A stretch of DNA of 64,000 nucleotides from Mobula hypostoma (taxonomy: Eukaryota), in contig NC_086108.1 in the NCBI RefSeq assembly GCF_963921235.1, forward strand, positions 54,748,001 to 54,812,000, in the 5' to 3' direction. Of the stretch, positions 1 through 13,395 are shown piece by piece. The first letter of the stretch is position 1. Every line of letters begins with the position of its first letter. The notes beneath the pieces were generated by a model, which was not told where the DNA came from, ran no database searches, and saw only the letters and a list, made by a program, of their open reading frames with translations. The position numbers and the translations under genes were made by a program.

Positions 1-3000
1 GGGTTAATATGAGAATAAAAACGAGCTAATTTATCTTTAGACATGTGTGCTCTGTGGACAACTTTAAACTGAATTAAGGAGTGTTTGGAACAGTTAGAGG
101 AAGTATTAACTAGTTGTAAAATATGAGCCCAGTCATCCGCCGAGATAATGAGGCCCAATTCCTTTTCCCAGTCGGTCCTAATCTTATTGAATGGAGCCAT
201 CCTAAATTTCATGATAATATTACAAATAATAGCCGTTACACCTTTCTGACACGGGTTGAGGTTAGTGATAGCGTCTAAAATATTTGTAGGGGGTAATGCC
301 GGAGGGGAAGAAAGTATGGTATTTAGGAAATTTCTAACTTGCAAATATCTAAAAAAAAACGTGTCCTTGGTAAATTATATTTGTTAGGTAACTGATTAAA
401 AGACATAAGGGATCCATCTGAAAGTAAATCAAAAAACCGTGATATACCATTAGTCTTCCAAATTTGAAAGGCACGGTCCATAGAGGAGGGAAGAAAAAAT
501 ATATTGCCAATAATAGGAATTGCTAGCACAAATTGATTAAGATCGAAAAATTTTCGGAATTGAAACCAAATGTGTAAGGTATGTTTAACTATCGGGTTGC
601 AAACCTGTTTATAACGTTTCAAATCGGAAGGAAGAGAAGAACCTCATATAGAGCCAAGTGCATAGCCTTGAACAGAATGTAATTCCAAAACTACCCAGTT
701 AGGAATGGATAGTGTATCTTGGTCGAATAACCAAAATTTCATGTGTCAAATATTAATTGCCCAATAATAAAATCTAAAGTTAGGTAATGCCAAGCCTCCA
801 TCTCTCTTAGCTTTCTGTAGATGTATTCTACCCAATCTCGGAAATAAATGAAGAGAGTTTCGAGTCTACCAAAAAAGGATTTTGGAACAAAAATCGGTAA
901 TGCCTGAAATATATACAAAAATTTTGGCAGAATAAACATTTTAACAGCATTAATATGACCAGTCAAAGTTAAATAAAGTGGAGACCATTTATAGGAAAGT
1001 TGTGTAATATAGTCAATTAAGAGTAAGAAATTAGTCTTAAATAAATCCTTGTGTTTACAGGTAATTTTAATCCCAAAATATGAAGAATGATTATTAACCA
1101 ATCTAAGTGGCAGGTTCTGATATAAGGGAACATGCTTATTAATAGGGAAGAGTTCACTCTTACTAAGATTTAATTTGTATCCTGAAAAGAGACTAAATTG
1201 TGCTAATAAATCTGGATGCTGGAGTAGATTTTTGAGGATTAGAAATATATAAAAGTAAGTCATCAGCATAAAGTGATACTTTATGAGACTTTAACCCACG
1301 AGTTATACTAATAATGTTAGGAGATTCTCGAATAGCAATTGCAAGAGGTTCTAATGCAATATCAAATAATAAAGGGCTAAGAGGACAACCTTATCTGGTA
1401 CCTCGAAAGAGAGGGAAAAAAGGTGAATGAAGAGTGTTAGTACGAACTGAGGCCGTAGGAGAGTGGTATAACAATTTGATCCAGGATATAAATTTCGGGC
1501 TGAAGTTAAACATTTCAAGCACCTTAAATAAGTAGGGCCATTCGACCCTGTCAAAGGCTTTTTCAGCGTCAAGGGAAATGACACATTCCGGATCGTTTTG
1601 TGACGGGGTATAGACAATATTTAAAAGTGTACGAATATTATAAAAAGAGTAACAATTCTTAATAAAACCTGTTTGGTCTTCCGAAATAATATAAGGAAGT
1701 GCTTTTTCTAGTCTATTTGCTAATAATTTAGAAAAAATCTTAGAGTCAACATTTAGCAAGGATGTTGGTCTATAAGATGCACATTGAGCAGGGTCTTTAT
1801 CCTTCTTTAGTATGAAAGAGATCGAGGGTCTATAAAAGGATTCTGGTAGTTTACCAAGTTTTAATGAGGCCTCCAGAATCCTGGATAACCAGGGGACTAA
1901 TGAGGGTGCAAACAAATTTTTTTTAATTCCACGGTAAACCCATCAGGGCCAGGAGCTTTCCCCGAATTCATAGAGAAAATAACATTCTTGATCTCGTCAG
2001 TAGTAAAGGAAGATTCTAACATAGAGGGTATATCATGTGTAATCTTAGGGAAATCTAGGTTATCTAAAAAGTCACACATATGTTTAGAATCTCGTGGAAA
2101 TTTGATTGATAACATTTTTAAAGTTAGCCAAACCTTATGGCTCTTCTGGAGGGGGTGAGGGCTGTCTTTGGAAAACTCACAGTCCCTTCCTGATAATTCT
2201 TCTCTCGCCCACCTCCTGTCCCCTGCTTTCTCGGTTCTCTTACTATTTCCCAAGCAAATTGGGATAACTGCTCAGCCAGGCTTTCCCTTGATTTGACCAC
2301 GCTAACGGGCAACCCTCTGTTCTTCATGTCTGTCGTCGCCTCTTCCACTGTCTGATACAGTTGCATCTCATCTTCATAAAACAACCGCAGTTTAGCAGGG
2401 TATGGAGTTTGGAATCTAATCTTTCCTTGCTTTAATATTCACTTTACTTCAGAGTATTCCTCACATTTCTGTAGGACCACCAGGGGGTAATCTTGATCAA
2501 AATATATTAATTTCCCCTTCAGAAACACCTTCTTCTTTTCCCAGGCCCTTCGTAGAATCTCCACCTTGGTATTGTATGGAAGGAGTCTAATTACTATAGA
2601 GAATGGCTTATCTTCTCTGTCTTCAGTAGGCCTCGGGAGGAGCGCACGATGCGCCCTCTCAATTTCAAGTTCCATAGTTGAGTCCAGCACCACCCGCAGC
2701 AACTTTCCTACAAACTCCATCATAGACAAACCCTTTGCTCCTTCGGGAACATTGTATATCCTGATATTTTTTTGTCGTGATCTTCCCTCCTGGTCAAGCA
2801 GTTTACTTTCTTGTTGATTTAATATTTTTATTGTCTTACTTAGTATCCGTTCCATGTTTTGCACGCGATCTTCCACCTTCTCAATTCGTGTCTCTGCCAC
2901 CACTATTTTTTGATTGACATTGGTGAGCTCTGACTTGATATCATTTAGTTGCTGTTTTATATCTTTTTGGAATCCCCATATCTCTTCCAGAGTTTTTATC

Positions 3001-3270
3001 ACATTTGCTGCTTCGACTGAACGAGACCCATCATCAGCCTCACGAGCACGCGTTCGGGTAGGACAGCCACCTGTTGCACCCCTCTCATCCATAGGCTCCG
3101 CAGTGATGCTTTTATTATCTCCATTCTTTTTCCCCATTCTTGCCCCCCTATCAATTCAGATATTTTCGAAAGATCTTATATTTGATGGATTAACGGGGCA
3201 AAATATACGTTTTTCCAGAGGAGCTATTGATTTAAGCTGTCATTCTGGACAATGATGTCACCGGAACCAC
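1..3270 (-). mobile_element. L1-clade LINE, decayed: ORF1 (~2124-3137) plus RT part of ORF2; runs off the left edge
   Basis: ORF1 motifs NIRIYNVPEG, EIERAHR, YFDQDY; ORF2 motifs GPDGF, SLDAEKAFDRVEW, YADD at 1259-1270; multiple frameshifts. Confidence 0.9.
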
Positions 3271-3560
3271 TTGTGGGGGTTGTTTTCAAGGTCCTCTGCC
3301 TTTGCTATTATTTTTGCTTGACCTCTATTGCTCCTATCAAAGGAACTGAGATGCTCATTGCCTTCCTGGATGCTATGTCTCCATTAAGCACTACAGCCAG
3401 GAACAGGCTCTTCAGCTCATGATGTTGTGCAAAACTAGTACTCAAATGCCTCATTAAATTAATGCCTATCCTTCTATTCTTTGCACATACATTGCTTATC
3501 TGAGAGCATCTTAAACACCTATCATACTTGCCTTCACCACTACCCCTGGCTGGCAGTGCA

Positions 3561-3569
3561 GAGAGAGAG

Positions 3570-3632
<63 letters not shown>
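3561..3632. repeat. (GA)n(GT)n compound microsatellite
   Basis: Directly visible. Confidence 0.98.
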
Positions 3633-3635
<3 letters not shown>

Positions 3636-4469
3636 CCTGCCCTGCACATCTCCTTTGAACTTAACCCTTCTCACCTTAAATGCATCTCCTCTAGTATTTT
3701 GATCCTGAGAAAAAGATGCTATCTGTCTACTCTCTATTCCTCTGATAATCTGATAAACTAATCCTCTGCTTCTGCTCCAGAGAGAGCAACCCAGGTTCGC
3801 CCAACCTCTCCTTGCAGCATGTACCGTGTAATCTAGGAAAGCGTTCTGTTAAATCTATTCCGCACTCTCTCCAGTCTTGACATGATTCTGATAACGTGGC
3901 AACCAGGACTGAGTACATTACTCCAGATACAGTTTAACTCAAGTTTTATAAAGCTGCATTTTGGCAGGATTAAATTCCATCTGCCATTTCTCTGCCCAAC
4001 TGCAACTAATCTACATCCTGCTGTATCTTTTGGCAATCTTCTACACTATCCACAATACCACCAATCTTTGTATCATCTGCAAATTCAGTAACCCATCATC
4101 TACGTTTTTATTCAGTTCGTATATGTACATTACAAACATTAGAGTTCCCAGTAAGGATCCCTGCAGAACGCCACTAGTTACAGACCTCCAGCCAGAATAA
4201 GTCTCATTGATCACTCCCCTCTTGTCTTCTATGGGGAAGGCAGTTCCGAATCTGAACAGCTAAGTCACCATGGGTACCATGCAACTTAATCTTCTGAATG
4301 AAACTGCCACAAGGAATCTTGTCAATCCTCTTACTAAAATCCAGACAGTATCCTAGAAGCAGAATTGTGTTTATTATTGCTGACAAATGTCGTGAAATTT
4401 GTTTTGTGGCAGTGCAATATGTAAAAATTATTCTAATTTACAATAGGAATATATAAAAAATAAATAGTA

Positions 4470-5890
4470 CATAAAAAGAGCAAGATAGTGAGGTGGTGTT
4501 CATGGACCATTCAGAAATCTGATGGCGGAAGAGGAGTTCCTAAGATGTTAAGTGTCTTTCTTCAGTCCTACACCTCATTGATAGTAGTATTGAGAAGAGG
4601 GCATGTTCTGGATGGCGAGGGTCCTTTTTGATGGATGCTGCCTTGAGGTATTGCCTTTTGAAGATTCTTCAGTGCTGGAGAGACTGGTGTCCATGATGGA
4701 GCTGGCTTAGTTTACAAATCTCTGCAGCTTTTTCTGCCTGTGCGTAGGTGCCTCCATACGGATTGTTGAGATGCAACCAGTCAGAATGCTCTCAACAGTA
4801 CTTAACAAATCTCCTCAAACTTCCAATGAAATATAGCTGCTGCTGTGCTTTCTTCATAATTACATCATTATGTTGGTCCCAATATGGATCTTCAGAGATG
4901 TTGACAACTTAGGAACTTGAAGCTGCTCACCAGTTTTCACTGTTGACCCCTCAATGTGAACTGCTGTGTGTTCTTATGATTTCCCCTTCCTGAAGTCCAC
5001 AATCAATTGCGTGGTCTCACTGACATTGATTGCAACGTTGTTGCAAAGCCACTTAACCAGCTGATCTGTCTCACTCCACCTCACCATATGAGAACCTGCC
5101 AACAACAGTTGTGTCATGGGCCACACAGTCATGAGTGTAGAGAATGAGTGAAGCACACATGCTTGAGGTGTGCCTGTACTGATTGTCAGTGAGGAGGAGA
5201 TGTTATTTCCAATCCACACTGACCAGAGAGGAAGTCAGAGATCTGGTTGCAGAGGGAGATACAGAGCCCCAGGTTTGGAAACTTATTGATCAGTACTGAG
5301 GGGATGATGGTATTGTTTGCTGAATGTAACCTATAAACAGTAGCCTGACATAGGGCTTGCTGTTTTCCAGGTGGTTCAAGGCTGAGTGGAGAACCAGTGA
5401 GATTGTATTCACTGTAGAACTGTTGTGGTGGTAGGAATATTGCAATGGGTCTAGGTTCTTCCTCAGCCAGGAGTTAATTCCAGCCATGACCAACCCCTCA
5501 AGGAATTTCACCACAGTGGATGTGAATTCTACTGGGTGATAGTCATAGAGGCAGCTCATCCTGCTCTTTTTGTGCACCAATATGATTGCTGCCTTTTTGA
5601 AGCTGGTGGGGACTTTGACTTCATCAGTATGAGATTGAAGATGTCTTTGAACATTCCAGCCAGTTGGTAGGCACAGGTTTTCAGTGCCCTACTACGTATA
5701 CCACTTGGTCCTGATGCTGTGCAAGGGTTCACCCTCTTGAAAGATGTTCAGACATCAGCCTCTGAAACATATCAGAGGGACGCCAAATACCGCAGGGATT
5801 TGCACAAGTATTCTCCCTTTCAAAGTGTGCATAAAAGGTGTCCAACTCGTCAGGGAGTGAAGCATCACAGCCATTTATGATGTTAGTCTA
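4470..5890 (-). mobile_element. Rex1/Babar-like LINE fragment
   Basis: DYHPVEFTSTVVK, LDPLQYSY...LHSALNHLE...YVRLLFI, ISTGTPQACVL, LIVDFRK. Confidence 0.8.
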
Positions 5891-6340
5891 GAGATCTACC
5901 TCCTTTGATCACTTTCCTCATCTGCTCAAAAAACTCTTATCATGTTATTACGACATGACTTGCCTTGCACAAAGACTGTTCCTAATTAGGCCATAGTTTT
6001 ACAAATGCTCATAAATACTGATCCTAAGAATTGTTTCCGGTAGCTTCTGTATTACTAATGTAAGACACACCTTCTTGGTTTCACTTCTTGAATAATGGAA
6101 CAACATTAGGACCTTTTTAGTGACTAGAGGGGGCATAAAACTGTAGTCAAAGCCCCATTAATCTAACCTTTGGCCTTTCTCAATAATCTATAGCATATCA
6201 CATCAGGACCTGTGGACTTATCCACCTCTCAAGAGACCCGACTCTACCTCCTCTTTTATCTGAAAGTGCCCCACGCACTCCACACTGATTTCACTACCCT
6301 CCATGTCCTTCTCCTTGGTAAGTATCAACGCAGAGTACTC

Positions 6341-7611
6341 CAATCACAAACGAGAAAATCTACAGATGCTGGAAATCCAAGCAACACACACAAAGTGCTG
6401 GAGGAACTCAGCAGGCCAGGCAGCATCAATGGAAAAGAGTACAGTTGATATTTTGGACCAAGACCCTTCATCACGACTGGAGGAAAAAAAGATGAGGAGT
6501 TAGAAGGGAGGGGAGGAAGAAGCACCAGCTGATAGGTGAAACTGGGACGGGGGAGGTGTGAAGTAAATTGCTGGGAAGTTGATTGGAGAAAGAGATACAG
6601 GGCTGGAGAAGGGGGAATCTGATAGGAGAGGACAGAAGGCCATGGAAGAAAGGGAAGGGAGAGGAGCACGACAGGTAGGCGATGGGCAGGCAAGGAGATG
6701 AGCTGAGAGGGAAAAGGGGATGGGGAATAGAGAGGGGGTGGGAGGAATTACTGGAAATTTGAGAAATCAATGTTCATTTCATCAGGTTGGAGGCTCAGGT
6801 TGGACATGGGAATGGGGCGGGGAATTAAAATGGGTGGCCACTGGGAGACCCCGCTTTTTCTGGTGGACAGAGTGCAAGTGTTTGGTGAAGCAGTCTCCCA
6901 AGCTATGTTGGATCTCACCAATGTACAAGAGGCTACACCGGAGCACACCTGCCCCTACGCCTCCCCCCTCACTGCCATTCAGTGCCCCAAATGGTCCTTC
7001 CTGATTAAGCATTGCTTCACCTGTGAATCTGTTGGGGTCATCTATTGTATCTCGTGCCCCCAGTACTAAGCTCCAACAGCCAGAAAAAGCAAGATCACCC
7101 TGTGGCCACCGATTTTAATTCCGCTTCCCATTCTCACTCCGACACATCCATCCATGGCCTCCTCTGCTGCCATGATGAGGCCACACTCAGGTTAGAGGAA
7201 CAAAGCCTTGTGTTCCTTTCTTGAACTTCCGGTAATACCTCACCCCCTTCTCTATTCCCTATCTCCCTCTTTCCCCCTCTCACCTTATCTTCTTGCCTGC
7301 CCATCACCTCCCTATGGTGCTTCTCCCCCCCCCCTTTTCTTTCTTCCATGGCCTTTTGTCCTCTCCTATTAGATTCCCTCTTCTCCAACTCTGTATCTCT
7401 TTCACCAATCAACTTCCCAGCTCTTTACTTCACCCCTCCCAGTTTCACCTATCACCTTGTGTTTCTTCCTTCCCTCCCTTCTAAATCCGTCTTCTCATTA
7501 TTTTTTCACCAGTCCCGTTGAAGGGTCTCAGCCCGAAACATCGGCTGTTTACTCTTTTCCATAAATGCTGCCTGGCCTGCTGAGTACCTCAGCATTTTGT
7601 GTGTGCTATAA
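6341..7611. mobile_element. Two Penelope-like 3' fragments in inverted arrangement
   Basis: GIY-YIG remnant CSLLYIGE...LPVATHFNS on - (6782-7012) and YCISC on +; termini 6370-6480 and 7508-7605 are reverse complements; agagtactc repeated at 6332-6340 and 7612-7620 (candidate TSD). Confidence 0.8.
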
Positions 7612-7712
7612 AGAGTACTCATTTGGGATCTCACCCACAACTTCTGTGTCCAAGCACATGTTTTTTTTATTCATCCATAAGTGGCCTTACCATCTCTCTT
7701 GTTAAAAGCTTG

Positions 7713-7715
<3 letters not shown>

Positions 7716-7763
<48 letters not shown>
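7716..7763. repeat. (TG)n(TA)n microsatellite
   Basis: Directly visible. Confidence 0.97.
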
Positions 7764-7764
<1 letters not shown>

Positions 7765-8552
7765 AATATAGAATGCCTTATGATTCTCTTTAAGCCTGCT
7801 TACTAAAGACTTTTCATGGCGCTGCCACTTTCCTAATTCACCTTTTTTGGCTTTCAAATAGTCCTCAAGGGATCTGTTTGATTTTCAGCTTCCTGAGCAT
7901 TAATAAATTTCCTTTTTCTTCTTAATTAAATTCACCACTTCTCAACATCCAAGCTTTCCTTACCTTGCCATCATTTCCCACCCTTCTTACTGGAACATAC
8001 CTGTCCCATACGCTGTGCAGTTGTTCTGTAAACATCCTTCACATGTCAGATATAAACTTGCTAATAAACAATTGTTCACAATTAACTCTCCCTAACTTCT
8101 GCCTAATACACTCATAATTTGCCCTCTTCCCATTTAATACTCTCCCGTTTCATACTTATGTATTGCTATCTTATAATTTAAGGGGTTGTGATCACTCTTC
8201 CCTAACTGTTCTCTTATTGAAAGGCCAGTCACCTGGCTCGGCTAATTGCCCAACACCAGGTCCAGTATGGCCTCTCCTCTCATTGGGCAATCTATAGTAT
8301 TGGTATAAAAAGCCCACCATATGTACCTAATAAATTTTGCCTCATCTAACCTCTTGCACTAAAGATATCACAGTCTCTGTTAAAGAATTTGAAGTTGCCC
8401 ATGACAAGAGCCCTGTTTTTACACGTTTCCCTTATCTGTCTGTATATCTGTTCCTCAATATCATGGTATCTATTAGGGAGTCTGTAATATAATCCCATTA
8501 GAGTGATTGCACCTTTCTTTTTCTGTTCTACCTATGCAGCCTGCCATTACGT

Positions 8553-8930
8553 CCTGAATAAGTGCAGCTGTGATACTCTTCCTGATTAATAGTGCAGCTG
8601 TGATACTCTTCTTGATTAATAATGCAGCTGTGATACTCTTTCTGATTAATAGTGCAGCTGTGATGCTCTTTCTGATTAGTAGTGCAGCTGTGATACTCTT
8701 TCTGATTAGTAGTGCAGCTGTGATACTCTTACTTGATTAATAGTGCAGCTGTGATACTGTTCCTGATTAATAGTGCAGCTGTGATACTCTTCCTGATTAA
8801 TAGTGCAGCTGTGATACTGTTCCTGATTAATAGTGCAGCTGTGATACTCTTCCTGATTAATAGTACAGCTGTGATACTCTTCCTGATTAATAGTGCAGCC
8901 GTGATATTGTTCCTGGTTAATAGTGCAGCT
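8553..8930. repeat. 30-bp minisatellite, ~12.5 copies (cctgattaatagtgcagctgtgatactctt)
   Basis: Direct tandem repeat without spacers. Confidence 0.97.
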
Positions 8931-10967
8931 CCCCTCCTGTCCAGCATCTGCCACGCAATTCTCTTCTACCTCCTTTTATATCTTTTCTGAAGCATCAAAA
9001 CCCTGGAACATTAAACATCCAATTCTGTCCTTCTCGTATTCAAGTCTCTGTATTGACCACAGCATCATAGTTCCATGTAATGATCCATGCTCTAAATTGT
9101 TCACCCTTGCCCATAATATTCCAAGCATTAAAATACAAATATTTTGTCTCATCTCCCCATTGCATGTATTACCTCAATTCTGCCTGTCCTTCCTTACAGA
9201 CTTACTGGACATGATATCTACATTCCTCTCAATCCCTCCACTTGGACCTGGTGTTCTGTTCCCATCCCCATGCCAAACTAGTTTACCCCCTCCCCTGTGG
9301 CTCTAGCAAAGGTCTCAGCCAGGATACTTCCCCTCCAGTTCAGGTGCAGCCTGTACTCTTGTTGAGGTTGTTCCTGCCCCTTGAACCTATTCCTCAGCAA
9401 CACATTCACCTGTTCTATCTTTCTATTCCTGATCTGAACAGCTCTTGGCAGCAGGAGTAATCCCGAAGTTACTGCCTTTGAGGTCCTGTTTTTCAACCTC
9501 TTTTCTAACTCCCTCTACTTTCTGCAAATGACCTCCTTCCCTTTTCTAGCAATGCCAATGTGCACCACAGCCTCTGACTATTCCCAGTTCCCCTTTGAAT
9601 GTTCTGAAGCCATTCCAAGATGTCATCAACACTGACAGCCGGGAGGCAGCATACCTTCCTGGTGTCTCCTTTGTGGCCAGAGAATCTCCTGTCTGTTCCC
9701 TTAAGTATTGAACCTCCTATTGCGATTGCGCTGCCTGACATTACCAGCCCCAGTGCCACTGACCTGGTGGCTGCAGCTGTAACTTGGCAGGTCATTTTCT
9801 CCACCACCCACCGGCTGTATCCTAAGGAGTATATGTTTCCGCGAGAAATGGCCGCAGTAGCAACCTGCACCGTCTCCCTGTTCACTCCACCTTTTCTGGG
9901 GATCAGCTGACTATCTGCTGCCTGCACCTTGGCTGTGACCACCCTTCTGAGTGGTCACGAGACAGGAATTTTCATCGCTTAAGTGAACTGAGCATATCCT
10001 TTTTGTTTTATTTGTGCCTTGAAAATCTTTGCTTCGATGGGAAGCAAAGTGACTTGTGTGTTCTGGGAATTTGTCAGGCATGCAAACTATATGGCCCATG
10101 CATTTGAATTGACTGAGCGTAATTGAAGCCTCGTTATTGTGGGTATTGATGTGGGAGAGCATGATGACAGCAACATGAGAGAATTGTAGTTAATTCTTGC
10201 ATGGCTCACACATGAAGAAAAATATTTGCAATGGTGGAACCAGCAATTGCAGCTGATCAGGGGCAAGCCATAAAGAGCTGCTACGGAAGGAGGAAGAGGG
10301 GGAATCAGTTCAAATTTTGATCACAAACAGGAACTCATCACCATCAAGTTACAGTTCATTGTTAAAAGTTAAACTTTTTTTTCTACTTATGATGGCTAAG
10401 CTAATTTCAGTTGAATCTCCTTGTTGTTTAAAGTTTATCTATGTACCCTTAAGAGAAAATCTGCAATACAGTGACTGCAATTACATATTTCTATTGTTAA
10501 AGAAATAGTTCAAACAAACCAGACTTGTAACATTTTTTAAAAATGATAGATGTTACCTGACTCGGCAGCTTGTTTTCGTGAATGTTTTAGGTACTTAATT
10601 TGTTTGAACATTACCAGATGAGAGAGATGATCGACACATCATTTGGATTTGACCCAGGTGGTGCCATTTGTATGTTGAGGTAGTGCTCTGTATGCCTGAC
10701 TCTGTGTAATACACACTGTATGGAATGGTTGTGATGCTGGATCATGCAGAAAGGAAGGCTGTCAGGCTGAGATTCTGGAGTAAAATTAATAGAAATGGGA
10801 GAAAGGGAGAAGATTCTTTCTTACCCCCTTGTCCCCCCCATCTCCCTTCACAAACCACTCTGAAAGTTAATTTTGCCTCCGTGTTTATTTATTGGAGATT
10901 GTTAGTTCGAGTTTCTGTATTGCGTAATTTGAATATTGGCTTTGTTTCTTTGTTTTAATCTTTCCAG

Positions 10968-11101
10968 GATGGGTGCCCTGCCTCTGCCATTTTAGTGTGT
11001 GGAATGTTCTGTTTCTGCCATCTGTTCTCTTGCCCAATTCCAGCCATCCAGTTGCTGAATACAAAACGACCAGGGCCTGCACTTTGGCCTTCACATAGGA
11101 G
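10968..11101 (+). CDS. DNAJC6: Auxilin exon, PTEN-like domain (DGCPASAILVCGMFCFCHLFSCPIPAIQLLNTKRPGPALWPSHR)
   Basis: tttccag acceptor and AG|gtaaga donor; resembles human auxilin DGRAASSILVGAMFIFCNLYSTPGPAIRLLYAKRPGIGLSPSHR; phase-2 join to next exon. Confidence 0.92.
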
Positions 11102-11156
11102 GTAAGAGATTTTAGAAATCAACTACTAAAAGTAGCCTTTCCTGGGTATTGGAATA

Positions 11157-12709
11157 CAGGTGTCCCCCGCTTTTTGAACGTTCGCTTTATGAAACCTCAC
11201 TGTTACGAAAGACCTACATTAGTACCCTGTTTTCACTAACAGAAGGTGTTTTCACTGTAATGAGAAAAGCAGTGCGTGAAAAAAATCAGCGCGCGATAAA
11301 AGACAGCGCGCGCCCCGAGCAGCCGCTCTCCCCCGGATTTGGAACTGCATTCCAGCCGGCATTGCTTAAACATGTGTCTGTGAGCAGCTGTTTGCAAGAT
11401 GAGTTTTATGGTGTCGAAAAAGCCTGAAAGAGCTCGTAAGGGTGTTACACTTAGCGTAAAACTAGCCATAATTAAGTGTTTCGATCGTGGTGAACGAAGT
11501 AAGGACAAAGTGAGTTTGGCTTGTGGAAGCTGATGAAGATGATGTTGAAGAGGTTTTGACATCCCATGACCAAGAACTGATAGATGAAGAGCTGATGCCA
11601 TTGGAAGAGGAAAGGATTACAATCGAAACCGAATGAGTAATGATAAAGTACGACTTTAATTTTGAAATGGTACGTTGGTTTAGGGGATATTTGCAGGATG
11701 GTTTGAGTGCTTACAAAGAACTGTATGATAGAAAAATGCACAAGGCTCAGCAGTCAAGCAAGCCTTCCACATCAGCCACAGCAGACGACGAACCTCGACC
11801 TTTGACATCGAGGCGGCTAGTCATAGGAGATGAGCTACCTGCTCTAATGGAAACAGACGATGAGATGACACCCCAGTGTCCCACCACCCCAACCCCCAGG
11901 CCGCGGACAGATACCGATTCGCGGAGAATGCAGTGGTAGCCGGGAGACACACAGCACATCTTTAAGAAAAAAGCCAAAATAAACATGTATAATTAATTAG
12001 ATGCCGCCCGACACATAATTGTCGGCCCAGATCAGAGGTGATGATGCAATCGGCACTGATCTGGGCCGATAATTACGTGCCGGGCAGCACCTAATTAATT
12101 AGCATGTTTATTTTGACTTTCTTCTTAAAGATGTGCTGTGTGCCTCCCGGCTACTGCTGCATGCTTCACGGATCGGTATCAATTCGCTGCCTGGAAGGTG
12201 GGGGCCACTGCACCACCCAAACACCGATGACTCAGTCTAACACACCACCATCAGTGTGCTCCGCGCTTTCCCAATCCCAGTAAGTGATACTACACTGTAC
12301 ATACATTATTTCTATTTTATATCGGCTGTGTATTTTTACGTGTTATTTGGTATGATTTGGCAGCTTCATAGCTTAAAGGTTACTGGAGAGCGCTTGCGCC
12401 GTGTTTTTGCCGATGGCGCTTGCGTGAGATTTTCGCTACGGAGAACAGTTCAGGCAATAATTGTGGAAAAGTATTTCTACTTTATATAAGCTGTGTATTT
12501 ATCATATCATTCCTGCTTTTACTATATGTTACTGTTATTTTAGGTTTTATCTGTTACTTGGCATGATTTGGTAGGTTATTTTTGGGTCTGCAAACGCTCA
12601 CAAAATTTTCCCATATAAATAAATGGTAATTGTTTTTTCGCTTTACGACATTCCGGCTTACGAACCGTTTCATAGGAACGCTCTACCTTTGGATGGCGGG
12701 GGAAACCTG
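11157..12709 (+). mobile_element. Non-autonomous Tigger/pogo-like DNA transposon (internally deleted)
   Basis: TA|CAGGTGTCCCCCGC ... GCGGGGGAAACCTG|TA TIRs with TA TSD; residual transposase N-terminus (RKGVTLSVKLAIIKCFDRGE) and acidic C-terminus (DDVEEVLTSHDQEL). Confidence 0.9.
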
Positions 12710-13395
12710 TATCTCTACTGATTTTCATTTCATAATATACTCTTTGCACTATAATGATGAAGGGAACTTTGCAGTCCCTCTACAACCAATCTACATGGAG
12801 CATTCAAAAAGCTGAAGAGACTACATGTTCCCAAGAATATCCCTGTCCTCAGTAATGCTGGCATCTAGCATGTGAGTGCCAGATAAAAGACTGAAGCATT
12901 TACAGTTATCTTCCATCAGCACTGCTGAATAGCTGTGTTATAGAATTAGCAAAGTTACTCTTTCATAATTATAGTAGTGGTATCCACCAGAAGATGCTAA
13001 AAGCTGCCCAATTATAATAGATCGACAAACATAGACAATTCAGCCTGGTCAGTTATTGTACAGTCATGCTACGTTCCTTCATTCAGCTGACATAGGACAT
13101 TTTTCAAAATGATTTTGTTAAGTTCTATTAGCTCTTACTCTCTTGTTATTCAGTCTGTTATAATTAGAGAAATAATAATCTGTTTCATTCTGCATCTCAT
13201 TATTTCTGATCTGTTCCAAGTCTTAGCTGTGATGAGCTCCTTCCAGAAAGATTTTTAGCTGTAATTTGAGGAATTACCCTCATAACTTGCTGTTGTTAAT
13301 TCACCAACCTTCTAGTTTTAAAGTTCATATTGAAGATAATGTTTTTTTCATTTAGGCAATGATGGTATATAAAATTGCTGCCTTTTTCATTTTAG

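Larger units (their letters stand above)
3633..9950 (-). mobile_element. Old near-full-length CR1 LINE broken by later insertions
   Basis: RT 3' remnants at 3633-4350, linker at ~5900-6340 and ~7620-8550, endonuclease remnants at ~8300-9000, ORF1 esterase-like IGGSILKGTDRRFSGHKGDTRKVCCLP (ORF 9505..9942). Confidence 0.7.

Noticed and set aside
3308..3761. ORFs with HTHT/CVCV runs
   Set aside because: Translations of a microsatellite
6440..7548. Hammerheads at ~6443-6478 and ~7510-7547 as active ribozymes
   Set aside because: Core nucleotides are degenerate
8553..8930. CRISPR-like 30-bp repeats and repetitive ORFs
   Set aside because: No unique spacers, eukaryotic context; a simple tandem array
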